Shown one piece after another: positions 28,808-37,944 of a DNA stretch of 64,000 nt. Positions within the stretch are counted from its first letter, which is position 1. Each line of letters opens with the position of its first letter. The translations under genes and the position numbers were made by a program. The notes under the pieces were generated by a model. That model did not search any database, was not told the DNA's origin, and saw only the letters and a list, made by a program, of their open reading frames with translations. The stretch is from contig JANMQY010000016.1 of assembly GCA_031370785.1 (NCBI GenBank), forward strand, positions 32,001 through 96,000, read 5' to 3'. The DNA is from Candidatus Eiseniibacteriota bacterium (GTDB taxonomy: Bacteria; Eisenbacteria; RBG-16-71-46).

Positions 28808-29086
28808 TCAGCCCTGCGCCACCATGTCCTTCAGCTCCTTGGAAACCTTGAAGACCGGGACCTTGCGCGGCGGTACGGGCACGGCCTCGCCGGTGCGTGG
28901 ATTGCGCGCGATGCGCGACTTGCGGTCCTTGACCCGGAACGTGCCGAAGCCGCGGATCTCGATGTGGTGTCCATTTGCCAACGCCTTGGCTACCGCGTTG
29001 AGGAAAGAATCCACGGTTTCCGCTACGTCCTTCTTGGTCAGTCCGGTTCGCTCGGCAATCTGATCCACGATATCTGCCTTCGTCAT
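28808..29086 (-). CDS. HU/IHF family nucleoid protein
   Basis: MTKADIV...IEIRGFGTF...ARNPRTGE...PVFKVSKELK. Confidence 0.95.
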   Translation of the reverse strand: MTKADIVDQIAERTGLTKKDVAETVDSFLNAVAKALANGHHIEIRGFGTFRVKDRKSRIARNPRTGEAVPVPPRKVPVFKVSKELKDMVAQG

Positions 29087-29156
29087 CACTTCCTCCTCGC
29101 GCCGTCGGGGCTCCCAGACGGGAGTCCGGGACCGAAGGGCCGGCCCGCTCGCGCGC

Positions 29157-29186
29157 AGGCTAGCAGGGCCGCGAAAAATCTGTCAA
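29157..29186 (-). promoter_or_regulatory. sigma70 promoter of the HU gene
   Basis: TTGACA-18 nt-TAGCCT on the minus strand. Confidence 0.7.
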
Positions 29187-29215
29187 TCAGTTTTTGGACA
29201 AGGCGTTGCGCGTTT

Positions 29216-30175
29216 TTACCTCTTCCGCTCGCGCGTCCCGTCGATTTCCAGGGCCTCCCGACGGGCCGCCTCGATCGGGTGCGCGTCCTGGGAACGGAGC
29301 TCCGGCTCCAGGGTCTTGCGGCCCGCGCGCACCTCGGCCAGCCACTCCCGCGCGAACGCGCCGCTCTGCACTTCGTCGAGGATTTCGCGCATCGCGGAGC
29401 GGCTTGCCGGTCCGATCACGCGCGGTCCGCGGGTGAGATCGCCGTAGAGGGCGGTGCCGCTGATGCCGCGCCGCATCCCGGCCACGCCGCGCTCGTGGAG
29501 GAGGTCGGCGAGGTACTTGATCTGGTGCACGCACTCGAGGTAGGCGATCGCCGGCGAATAGCCGCGCTCGACCAGGGTCTCGAATGCGGCGCGCACCAGC
29601 GCGTTCATCCCGCCGCACAGCACCGCCTGCTCGCCGAACAGGTCCACCTCGGTCTCTTCACGAACCGTGGTGCGCCATAGCGGAGCGCAGCCGATGGCCG
29701 CCGCGTACTGGCTCGCCAGGTCCCATGCGAGCCCGCCCGGATCGCGGTGGACGGCGATGTAGGCGGGCAGACGATTCCCTGCGTCACGCACCGCGCGCAG
29801 CACGCGGCCGGGCGCGGTCGGCGAGACCAGCACCACGTCCTGGCGCTTTCCGAACGACGGCTCGGCGTAGAGCAGGTTGAATCCATGCGCGAATACGAAG
29901 GAGGCCTCGGCCCTTGCGCGGGATGCGATGGCCGGCCAGGCCTCGGCGACTGCCTCGTCGGGAATCAGGACCGCGATCACGCTGGCGCGCACTGCGGCCT
30001 CAGGCAGATCGAACACTTCGAAGCCGTGTCCGCGAGCGCGGGCCTCGGCCTCGCGTCCCGGGCGGGCCCCAACGATGACGCGCACCCCGGCGTCGCGCAG
30101 GTTGAGCGCCTGCGCTTCGCCCTGGTTGCCGAAGCCCAGCACCGCGACGGTTCCGCCCCGCACCCGATCGCTCAT
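29216..30175 (-). CDS. ilvC: Ketol-acid reductoisomerase
   Basis: GFGNQG..QALNLRD, FAHGFN, ETEVDLFGEQAVLCGG, AYLEC, ISGTA. Confidence 0.9.
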   Translation of the reverse strand: MSDRVRGGTVAVLGFGNQGEAQALNLRDAGVRVIVGARPGREAEARARGHGFEVFDLPEAAVRASVIAVLIPDEAVAEAWPAIASRARAEASFVFAHGFNLLYAEPSFGKRQDVVLVSPTAPGRVLRAVRDAGNRLPAYIAVHRDPGGLAWDLASQYAAAIGCAPLWRTTVREETEVDLFGEQAVLCGGMNALVRAAFETLVERGYSPAIAYLECVHQIKYLADLLHERGVAGMRRGISGTALYGDLTRGPRVIGPASRSAMREILDEVQSGAFAREWLAEVRAGRKTLEPELRSQDAHPIEAARREALEIDGTRERKR

Positions 30176-30247
30176 GCGACCCTCCGCCGGAAATGCCGAC
30201 GCCGCGCGACCGCGTGTCGCGGGCCGCGCGGCGTCATCGGCGTGCGC

Positions 30248-31696
30248 CTACTTCTTGCCCGTCGCCGTGCCGGCGTCGAGCGTGCTCCAGTCCGACCTGC
30301 CGTAGGCGTTGCCATTCTGGAAGTGATAGGCCTGATTCTTCGACCAGTAGAACCAGGTCTCGACCTTGTTCTGGTCGACCTCCCACGGAATGATCGCGTC
30401 GGGCGGACCGTTCGCCGCCAGGGCCTTCGCCGCCGCGCTTCCGGCCGGCGCTGCCCTGGCACGGGTCGCGGGATCGTCGACCGGCTTTCCGTTCTGAAGC
30501 GCGAGGAACACCATCAGCTCTTCGGTCGACTTCGGGTTGTTGCCGATCTTGGTGTAGACCGCGCCGAGCTGGCGGTGGAGCGTCTTGTTCTTCGGACTCT
30601 TGAGGACGCCGTCGTGCAGCACCCGCAGCGCCTCGTCGAACTTCTTCAGCTCGGATAGCGAGGCGCCGAGCGCCGAGATCGCATCGACGTCTTCCGGACG
30701 CAGCCTGAGCGTGGCGCGCCACTGGGCTTCGGCCTGGTCCCATGCGCCGGCGTTCTGGTAGGCCAGCGCCGCGTTGAACGGCAGGTCGGCATCGTTGGGC
30801 TTGAGCGCGGCGGCCTTGGCGTATTCGTCAGCCGCCGCCTTGTATTCCGCCTTTGCGGCGTCGCCCTTGGCCTCGGTGGCGCGCTTGAAGTAGGCGTCGG
30901 CGAGACCGAGATGCAGATCGGAATTCTTCGGATCGAGCTTCACCAGCTCCTGGTAGTACTCGATCGCCTCGTTGTACTTCTTTTCGGCGAGCAGCTGGTT
31001 CGCACGGTTCGCGCGCACCGACTTGATCGACTCGAGCAGCGAGCTGTCGTTGGGCGCGACTTCGAGCCCGGCGCGGAACACCTTGTCGGCGGTGGCGAAG
31101 TCGCACGTGAACGCGTACACCGACCCCAGCGTGCGCAGGGTCTGGGGATTCCCGGGCTTGAGCAGCGATGCGCGGGTCAGGCTGACGAGCGCCTCTTCGT
31201 ACTTCTTGCCGGCTTCCTTCCTCAGCGTCTCGTCGCTCTCGCTCTCGGGTTTCTTGCAGTATTCGAGATAGACCTGCTGCGCCTGGCCGATCTTGGCGAT
31301 GCCGTCGTTGAAGGCATTCGCCCAGTAGGACTCGCGGTTGTTGTTGACCCAGTCGGCCTTCTTCAAGTCGCCCTTGGTGCGCAGGCCCGCGATCGCGGTC
31401 GCGAACGCCTTGCCCGCCGGACCCGCGCTGTCGAGCTCCGCATAGGCCCAGCCCAGGTAGCCGATCGCTTCGAAGTCGTTGGGATCTTCGGAGGAGCACT
31501 GCTCGAGCTGCTGGACGGCCTTGTTCATCTCGCGCCGATAGTCCTCCATGTTGCCCCGGTCCTTGTCCTTCGTGCCCTGGACGACGTACTGGATGCCTCC
31601 GGCGCAGTGCGGATTGCGCGCGTAGGCGACGCCGCCGAGCGCGAGCACGCCGAACGCACCGGCCAGCAGTCCAAGCGCGATGCTGCGAAGAGTCAC
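30248..31696 (-). CDS. Exported tetratricopeptide-repeat protein
   Basis: Signal peptide; multiple TPR-like helix pairs ending in P-x-N/D; small C-terminal alpha/beta domain. Confidence 0.85.
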   Translation of the reverse strand: MTLRSIALGLLAGAFGVLALGGVAYARNPHCAGGIQYVVQGTKDKDRGNMEDYRREMNKAVQQLEQCSSEDPNDFEAIGYLGWAYAELDSAGPAGKAFATAIAGLRTKGDLKKADWVNNNRESYWANAFNDGIAKIGQAQQVYLEYCKKPESESDETLRKEAGKKYEEALVSLTRASLLKPGNPQTLRTLGSVYAFTCDFATADKVFRAGLEVAPNDSSLLESIKSVRANRANQLLAEKKYNEAIEYYQELVKLDPKNSDLHLGLADAYFKRATEAKGDAAKAEYKAAADEYAKAAALKPNDADLPFNAALAYQNAGAWDQAEAQWRATLRLRPEDVDAISALGASLSELKKFDEALRVLHDGVLKSPKNKTLHRQLGAVYTKIGNNPKSTEELMVFLALQNGKPVDDPATRARAAPAGSAAAKALAANGPPDAIIPWEVDQNKVETWFYWSKNQAYHFQNGNAYGRSDWSTLDAGTATGKK

Positions 31697-31710
31697 GGAC
31701 TTCCTCCTTG

Positions 31711-32451
31711 TCAGGTGAGGCGGTTGCCGTTGACCGACAGGCCGAACGACGTTCCGAGGAACTTGGCCGCCTTGCGCGACGCCAGCATGCGCGTCATGAA
31801 GATCTCGAAGTACTCCATGACCTGCGAAATCGCGGGGTCGATCGTGAGCTCGAGGGTGATGGTCTTGGCGCCCTCGTCCACGTTGAGAAAGCTCTTCTGG
31901 ACCGCGTAGTTCACGCGATCGTGGATGTCGAACTTGATCATGTCCGGGTTGCGCACCCGAGTGCGGTGCACGTCGCTCTTGTCGGCGAGAATGACCGCGG
32001 CGGCGACCGGGCTGACCGGATCGCCGACGTTCTCGTGGTGGTTCCCGATCGCGCCCATCACGCGCACGATCTCGGCGTCGCTCATGCTCATGTCGCTGAG
32101 GATCTGCATCGCGATCACCGCGCCGGTCTGGGCGTGCTGCTCGCGATTCACGGAGTTGCCGATGTCGTGCAGCAGGCCGGCGATCTCGGCCAGCTCGCAG
32201 TCGCGCTGCGGATAGCCGAGGCGCTTGAGGATGTTGAACGCGATGTGCGAGACCAGCCCCACATGGCGCTCGCCGTGCTCGGTGTAGCCGATCTCGGCGA
32301 GCGAGGCGTCGGCCTGGCGGATGAAGGTCCGCACCCGCGGATGGTCGCGCACCATGTCGGGCGTCACCCCGGCGGGCCCGAGGTTGCGGTCGAGCGCATC
32401 TCCGGCGACCGCGTCGGTCGGACTGTGCGAGACGTTGGAAGGTCTGGGCAT
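31711..32451 (-). CDS. HD-domain phosphohydrolase
   Basis: GYTEHGERH, LLHDIGN, NHHE, LADKSD, DIHDRVN. Confidence 0.88.
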   Translation of the reverse strand: MPRPSNVSHSPTDAVAGDALDRNLGPAGVTPDMVRDHPRVRTFIRQADASLAEIGYTEHGERHVGLVSHIAFNILKRLGYPQRDCELAEIAGLLHDIGNSVNREQHAQTGAVIAMQILSDMSMSDAEIVRVMGAIGNHHENVGDPVSPVAAAVILADKSDVHRTRVRNPDMIKFDIHDRVNYAVQKSFLNVDEGAKTITLELTIDPAISQVMEYFEIFMTRMLASRKAAKFLGTSFGLSVNGNRLT

Positions 32452-32517
32452 GAAGGCTTTCGGATGCGGGAATGGTGCCAGCGTGGTGCCGGCGTCAGGC
32501 CGGCAGCGGAGGCGCGG

Positions 32518-32547
32518 ACTTTAGGTCCGTAAAAACGTGTGCGTCAA
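32518..32547 (-). promoter_or_regulatory. sigma70 promoter for the HD-TPR-ilvC genes
   Basis: TTGACG-18 nt-TAAAGT on the minus strand. Confidence 0.6.
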
Positions 32548-32681
32548 GCGGAAAGCCCCCGGAAACTCATGCGAAGAACCGGCGCGGCAACCGGAAGCAC
32601 GGTCGCCTGGTGAGTCGCGGCCGCGACGCTGTTGCGGCGGTGGGCGCTCGCGAGGTCACGTCCTTCACAAGTCCGGAGCGG

Positions 32682-34679
32682 TTACAGCACCTCGACCGGA
32701 TCCACGTCCACCGCGACGCGAACCTTTGTCCTGCCCGCTTCCTCGCCGGCTTCGAGTCCGAGTCGGGCCGCCTCGCGCACCCTGGCGGCGTGCGCGCCCT
32801 TGAGCAGCAGATGCCAGCGATAGCGCCCGCGCAGCCTCGCCAGCGCCTGCGGGGCGGGGCCGAGCACCTCGACCCCGAGCGTCTCGGCCGGAGCGCTCAG
32901 CGCCTCGGCGGTGTGGGTCGCGACCCGTTCCACGTCCGCTTCGCTCGCGCCCGTGAAGAGCAGGGCTGCGAGCCGCGTGTAGGGCGGATAGCGCGCCTCC
33001 CTGCGCTCGGCCAGCTCGCGATCCAGAAACGTGCGCGCGCCGTGCATGAGCGCGGCCGCGATCGCCGGATGGTCGGGAGTACAGGTCTGCACGAACACCT
33101 CGCCCGGGGTGCGCCCGCGACCCGCACGACCGGCAACCTGCACCAGCAGCTGGAACGTGCGCTCGGCCGCGCGGAAGTCGGGAAGGTGCAGCGCCACGTC
33201 GGCGTCCAGCACTCCGACCAGCGTGACCTTCGGGAAATCGAGCCCCTTGGCGATCATCTGGGTGCCGAGCAGCACGTCGGCCTCGCCGCGCGCGAACGCC
33301 TCCAGCACCTGCGCGGGGCGCGCCCGATCGCGGGCGACGTCGGTATCGAGGCGCAGCACGCGCGCCCTGGGAAACACCGTTGCCAGCTCGCGCTCGACCC
33401 GCTGCGTGCCCGCGCCCGAGAAGCGCAGCAGCGCCGCTCCGCATTTCGGGCACTCGACCGGAGCGCTCTCGCGGTGATCGCAATAGTGGCAGCGCCACTC
33501 GCGCGGCGGCAGGTGCAGGGTGAGCGTGATGTCGCACTGCGGGCACCGGGGCACGAAGGCGCACGCGCGGCACTGGGTGTGGTGCGAGTGCCCGCGGCGA
33601 TTGAGGTAGAGCAGCGACTGCTCGCCGCGGTCGAGCCGCTCGGCCAGGGCCGCGCGCAGCGGCTGCGACAGCATTCCTCGATCCGAGCCCTCGCGCGTCA
33701 GATCCACCGCACGCATCACCGGGAGCGTGCGACGGTCCACGCGTTCCGGCAGATGCAGCAGCCGGTACTTGCCGCGCGCCGCGTTGGCCAGCGACTCGAG
33801 GCTCGGGGTGGCCGAGCCGAGCACGACCGGGACGCCCAGCATCTGCGCGCGGCGCACCGCGACGTCGCGCCCGTGGTAGCGGAGCTGCTCGCTCTGCTTG
33901 TAGGCCGGCTCGTGCTCTTCGTCCACCACGATCAGCCCGAGCTTGGGCAGCGGTGCGAACACCGCCGAGCGCGCTCCGACCACCACATCCAGCGCGCCGC
34001 GACTGGCCAGCTCCCAGTTGCGCCGCCGCTCGCCCACCGAGAGATAGGAGTGCAGCACACCGACGCGGCCGCCGAAGCGCGCGCGAAACGCGGCGACCAC
34101 CTGCGCGCCGAGTGCGATCTCGGGCACCAGCACCAGGGTCTGCCGGCCCGCCTCGCGTGCGGCGCGCGCGCCGCGCAGGTACACCTCGGTCTTGCCGCTG
34201 GCGGTGACGCCGTGGAGCAGCAACGGCGCGAATTCTGCGCCCTGGACCGCGCGCTCGACCTCCTTCACCGCTTCGCGCTGGGCCGCGGTCAGCGTGATGC
34301 GCTCGGGGAACGCGAGGCGGACCACGACGTCTTCGAGCGCGTTGCGTCGCGCGCGGCTCGCCGCGAAGCCCTCGAGGCCGCCCGGCAGCATCGCGGCCAG
34401 CACCTCGCCGAGCGGCGCGACGTAGTACTCGGCGATCCAGCGCGCGAGCGACATCAGGTGCGCGGTGAGCGGCGGCCCGGGCAGCACCGCCGCCAGGTCG
34501 CGCACCTCGGCCAGCTCGGAGCGGGGCGCGAGCGAGATCACCACGCCGCGCACCGCGCGCCCGCGGAACGGGGCCTGCACCTGCGCACCGGGGCTCACCC
34601 GGTCGGCGAGCGCCTCGGGGATGCGATAGGTGAACGTCCGCCGGAGCGGCAGCGGCAATGCGATTTCAGCGAAAGGCAT
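32682..34679 (-). CDS. priA: Primosomal protein N'
   Basis: GVTASGKTEVY, VPEIAL, DEEHE, GSATPSLES, four CxxC pairs, GTQMIAKG, QVAGRAGR. Confidence 0.97.
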   Translation of the reverse strand: MPFAEIALPLPLRRTFTYRIPEALADRVSPGAQVQAPFRGRAVRGVVISLAPRSELAEVRDLAAVLPGPPLTAHLMSLARWIAEYYVAPLGEVLAAMLPGGLEGFAASRARRNALEDVVVRLAFPERITLTAAQREAVKEVERAVQGAEFAPLLLHGVTASGKTEVYLRGARAAREAGRQTLVLVPEIALGAQVVAAFRARFGGRVGVLHSYLSVGERRRNWELASRGALDVVVGARSAVFAPLPKLGLIVVDEEHEPAYKQSEQLRYHGRDVAVRRAQMLGVPVVLGSATPSLESLANAARGKYRLLHLPERVDRRTLPVMRAVDLTREGSDRGMLSQPLRAALAERLDRGEQSLLYLNRRGHSHHTQCRACAFVPRCPQCDITLTLHLPPREWRCHYCDHRESAPVECPKCGAALLRFSGAGTQRVERELATVFPRARVLRLDTDVARDRARPAQVLEAFARGEADVLLGTQMIAKGLDFPKVTLVGVLDADVALHLPDFRAAERTFQLLVQVAGRAGRGRTPGEVFVQTCTPDHPAIAAALMHGARTFLDRELAERREARYPPYTRLAALLFTGASEADVERVATHTAEALSAPAETLGVEVLGPAPQALARLRGRYRWHLLLKGAHAARVREAARLGLEAGEEAGRTKVRVAVDVDPVEVL

Positions 34680-34846
34680 GAAGGAACATGAAGGATTCGA
34701 TTCGAACGGGGAGAACTCGTGGGCTTAAGGATTCAGCACACACAGTGGGGCGCGCCACGCGCCACGGCAAGAAAAACCTCGCGACCCGCGGGCACACTCA
34801 CGCGGGCCGGCTTCCGATACGAACGCGGGTGCGTCCGACCGGAAGC

Positions 34847-35242
34847 CTAGGCCTGCAGGCGCTGCGGGCTGGACTGACCGAGCAGCGCGTTGATGCGCTC
34901 GACCAGCTTTCGCGGACTGAACGGCTTGGTGATGTAATCGTCCGCGCCGACTTCGAAACCGATCTTCTGATCCACGTTGCGGCCCTTGGCCGACAGCAGG
35001 ATCACCGGAATGGTTCGGGTCGCCTCGTCCGATTTCAGCATCTTGCAGGTTTCGTAGCCATCCAGCTTCGGCATCATGATATCCAGCACGATGAGATCGG
35101 GGTGTTCGCTCCGCGCCTTCTCGAGAGCCTGTTCGCCGTCGAGCGCGGTCAACACCTCGTAGCCCTCCATGCCCAGACTGAAATCCAGGATGTGGACGAT
35201 GTAGATCTCGTCATCCACGACCAGGATCTTTCCCTTGGCCAT
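34847..35242 (-). CDS. Single-domain response regulator
   Basis: ILVVDDE, LDIMMPKLDG, LSAK, DYITKPF; no output domain. Alternative GTG start at 35251. Confidence 0.93.
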   Translation of the reverse strand: MAKGKILVVDDEIYIVHILDFSLGMEGYEVLTALDGEQALEKARSEHPDLIVLDIMMPKLDGYETCKMLKSDEATRTIPVILLSAKGRNVDQKIGFEVGADDYITKPFSPRKLVERINALLGQSSPQRLQA

Positions 35243-35247
35243 CTCAC

Positions 35248-37944
35248 TCACCTCCCTGAGTCGTGCATCGCGCGCTCGCCGGCCGCGCCCTTGTCGGGCA
35301 TGGCTCCACGGACTGCGGATGCGTTGTGCCGCTCGCTGGCGGCCAGTGCGCTTGCGAACATCTGCACCAGTGCGGGATCGAACTGCCGACCCGACAGGCG
35401 TATCAATTCGCCGAGCGCTTCATCCCTGCTTCGGGCGGGCTTGTGTGCCCGGCCCACGACCATGCTTTCCCATGCATCCACCAGCGCGAGCACGCGCGAG
35501 CCGATCGGAATCGCCTCGCCGCTCAGCTGCCGCGGATAACCGGTCCCATCCCACCACTCGTGGTGGGCCAGGATCACGTCCTGCACCGCGCCCAGGGTCT
35601 CGAGCGGCTCGAGCAGATCCGCACCGACTTCGGGGTGGTCCAGCACGGCCTGACGTTCCACATCCGACAACCGGCCGACGCCTTCGATCACGCTCTCGCC
35701 GAGTTTGTTCATGCCCACGTCGTGAATGCTCGCCGCGAAACTCACCAGCGCGGCTTCGGCCTCGTCGAGTCCCGCTTCGCGCGCGAGAGCGCGCGCCAGA
35801 TTCACGCGATCCGGCGCGCTGCGTCGCGCGCGCTCGAGATGGCGAACCACCTGGCGCAGTGTCGCGGCCACTTCACTGGCTCCGTCGCTGGATCTGCTCG
35901 CCTGCTGCCACGCCACGGCCACGCGCGCGGCAACCTGCAGGAGCAGGTGACAGTCTTCCGCTTCGAAAGGCCTTCCACCCTCCGGGTCGGTCACGTTGAG
36001 CACGCCGAGCAGGCCCTGCGAGCCTTCCAGCGGAACCGACAGATAGGTGTCGCTGAAATACGTTTCGCGCCTGGATGCGGGCTGGTCGCCGTTCTCTCCG
36101 GCGTGCGCCACACACAGCGGGCGCCGCTCCGACGCGACGCGACCGGCGACACCGAAGCCGGGAGCGACCCGGGTGTCACGGACCACGGTCTCGTCCAGCC
36201 CGACCGCGGCCTGGATGCGCAGCGCTCCGTCCGGCTCGGGAGTGAGCAGCGAGACCACACGCGCGTTCATCACCTCGGACACCATCTCGATCGCGAGGCG
36301 CAGCAGGTCTTCGGTTGCGCTCTCGCCATGCGGAAGCGAGCGCACCACGACCGGCGGTCCATTGCGGCGCGGCAGCACCACCGTGAAACGCGAACCCAGG
36401 CCCGGCGTACTCTCCGCGCTCACGCGGCCGCCGTGCCACTCCACGATCGATTTGCAGATAGCGAGTCCCAATCCGGTTCCGCCGTAACGTCGCACCAGCG
36501 ACGAATCCACCTGATAGAAGCGTTCGAAGATCTTTTCCAGCGCCTGCTCGGGAATCCCGATGCCGGTGTCTTCCACCTGCAGCGTGACCTCGCGCGAATC
36601 CCCTCGGAGCCGGAGCAATACCGAGCCTCCCGCCGGAGTGAATTTGATCGCGTTGCTGCCCAGATGGAGCACCAGCTGGCGCAGCTGATCGCGATCCGCG
36701 TCGACGCGTGTATCGGCCAGCTCCGTGACTACCTTGAGGTTCACCTGCCCGGTAATGGCCACCGGAGCCAGCAACCGCTCACTCTCTCCGAGCAATTCAG
36801 CCATGTCGACCGCCTGGCGGACCAGCTTCACGGCCCCCGAGTCGAACCGGTTCAGATCGAGTACCGACTCGATCAACCGGGCCAGCCGCTGGTTCTCGTC
36901 CCGGATGATGGTCAGGAAGTGCTGCTGGCGGTCGCGGGGGACTTCCCGGTCCCCGGCGGCCAGCAGCGTGTCCACGCAGGCTTTGATCGCCGTGAGCGGG
37001 GTGCGCAGCTCGTGCGAAACCGTCGAAACGAAGTTGCTCTTGAGCGCATGCAGCTCCTGCATCCGCGTTCCCGCTTCCTCCAGCTCGCGGGTGTGCTGCT
37101 CGAGCTGCCGGTAGAGCCGGGCATTCTCGATCGCCACTACCGCGTGATTGCCAAAGATCTCGAGCAATTCCATGGTCTCGCTCGAGGGCACCAGCCGGTC
37201 GATCGGATCGTCCACCGAGAAGTAGGCCACCAGTTCGCCCGAGCGGTTGAACAGGGGCACCAGCAGGACATCGTCCTTGTGCCACTCCCACTCCTCGCGC
37301 GTCCCCAGGTCGGGCGTGTAGCCGGTCGGCAGGGTGCGATTGAACGAGTGGCTGTGACTGATGAAGTAGGAGCGTCCGACCTTGAAGTCCTCGCGCAGCC
37401 AGGACAGGAACTCTTCGAGCTTCACGTCCTGGGATTGGAGCAGCACGCGCGCCGCTGGCGTGATTCCGCTGAACGCGCACGCATGCAGGCGCGAGGTGCC
37501 GGGCTCGCGCAGGCGGATCAGCACCACGCCGAAGCCGAGCGTGGTCGTGATCGTCTCGCACAGCCCCTGCAGCAGGTCGTCGAGATCGAGATGCGAGTTG
37601 ATCTGGCAGATGTTCTCGAGGATCTGGTGCAGCTTGCCGGCGCGCTTGCGATTCTCTTCGACCTGGCTGAAGTAGAGCTTGCTCAGCCGCTGGCGCGTCG
37701 TGGACAGCTCCTCGACCTGGGCGCGCAGCCCTTCGAGCTCGCCCGGCGCGGCGGCAGTGCCCTCGCTCGCGGCCTGGGCTTGCCCATTGGTTCCGGGGAC
37801 GTCCGAATCACTCCGCCTGGGACGCACCGGATCGGCGGCCTCCCGCTTCATCCGGGAGTTGTCACGCCGGGTGCGGTCCAGCTCGGAGCGCAGCCGGACT
37901 TCGGCATCGGACGGCGGCGCGATCCCGGCCTTGCGCTTCTTCAT
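35248..37944 (-). CDS. Coiled coil-GAF-histidine kinase-GAF-HD-GYP fusion protein
   Basis: SHELRTPL, SNAIKF, EDTGIG, GTGLGL; second GAF (GVAGRVA...GVLNVT); HDVG, HHEWWDGTGYP, QFDP. Confidence 0.88.
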   Translation of the reverse strand: MKKRKAGIAPPSDAEVRLRSELDRTRRDNSRMKREAADPVRPRRSDSDVPGTNGQAQAASEGTAAAPGELEGLRAQVEELSTTRQRLSKLYFSQVEENRKRAGKLHQILENICQINSHLDLDDLLQGLCETITTTLGFGVVLIRLREPGTSRLHACAFSGITPAARVLLQSQDVKLEEFLSWLREDFKVGRSYFISHSHSFNRTLPTGYTPDLGTREEWEWHKDDVLLVPLFNRSGELVAYFSVDDPIDRLVPSSETMELLEIFGNHAVVAIENARLYRQLEQHTRELEEAGTRMQELHALKSNFVSTVSHELRTPLTAIKACVDTLLAAGDREVPRDRQQHFLTIIRDENQRLARLIESVLDLNRFDSGAVKLVRQAVDMAELLGESERLLAPVAITGQVNLKVVTELADTRVDADRDQLRQLVLHLGSNAIKFTPAGGSVLLRLRGDSREVTLQVEDTGIGIPEQALEKIFERFYQVDSSLVRRYGGTGLGLAICKSIVEWHGGRVSAESTPGLGSRFTVVLPRRNGPPVVVRSLPHGESATEDLLRLAIEMVSEVMNARVVSLLTPEPDGALRIQAAVGLDETVVRDTRVAPGFGVAGRVASERRPLCVAHAGENGDQPASRRETYFSDTYLSVPLEGSQGLLGVLNVTDPEGGRPFEAEDCHLLLQVAARVAVAWQQASRSSDGASEVAATLRQVVRHLERARRSAPDRVNLARALAREAGLDEAEAALVSFAASIHDVGMNKLGESVIEGVGRLSDVERQAVLDHPEVGADLLEPLETLGAVQDVILAHHEWWDGTGYPRQLSGEAIPIGSRVLALVDAWESMVVGRAHKPARSRDEALGELIRLSGRQFDPALVQMFASALAASERHNASAVRGAMPDKGAAGERAMHDSGR

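Noticed and set aside
32465..32480. TGGCAC-N5-CCGCA possible sigma54 site upstream of the HD gene
   Set aside because: Poor -12 element (CCGC), and a good sigma70 promoter lies just upstream.
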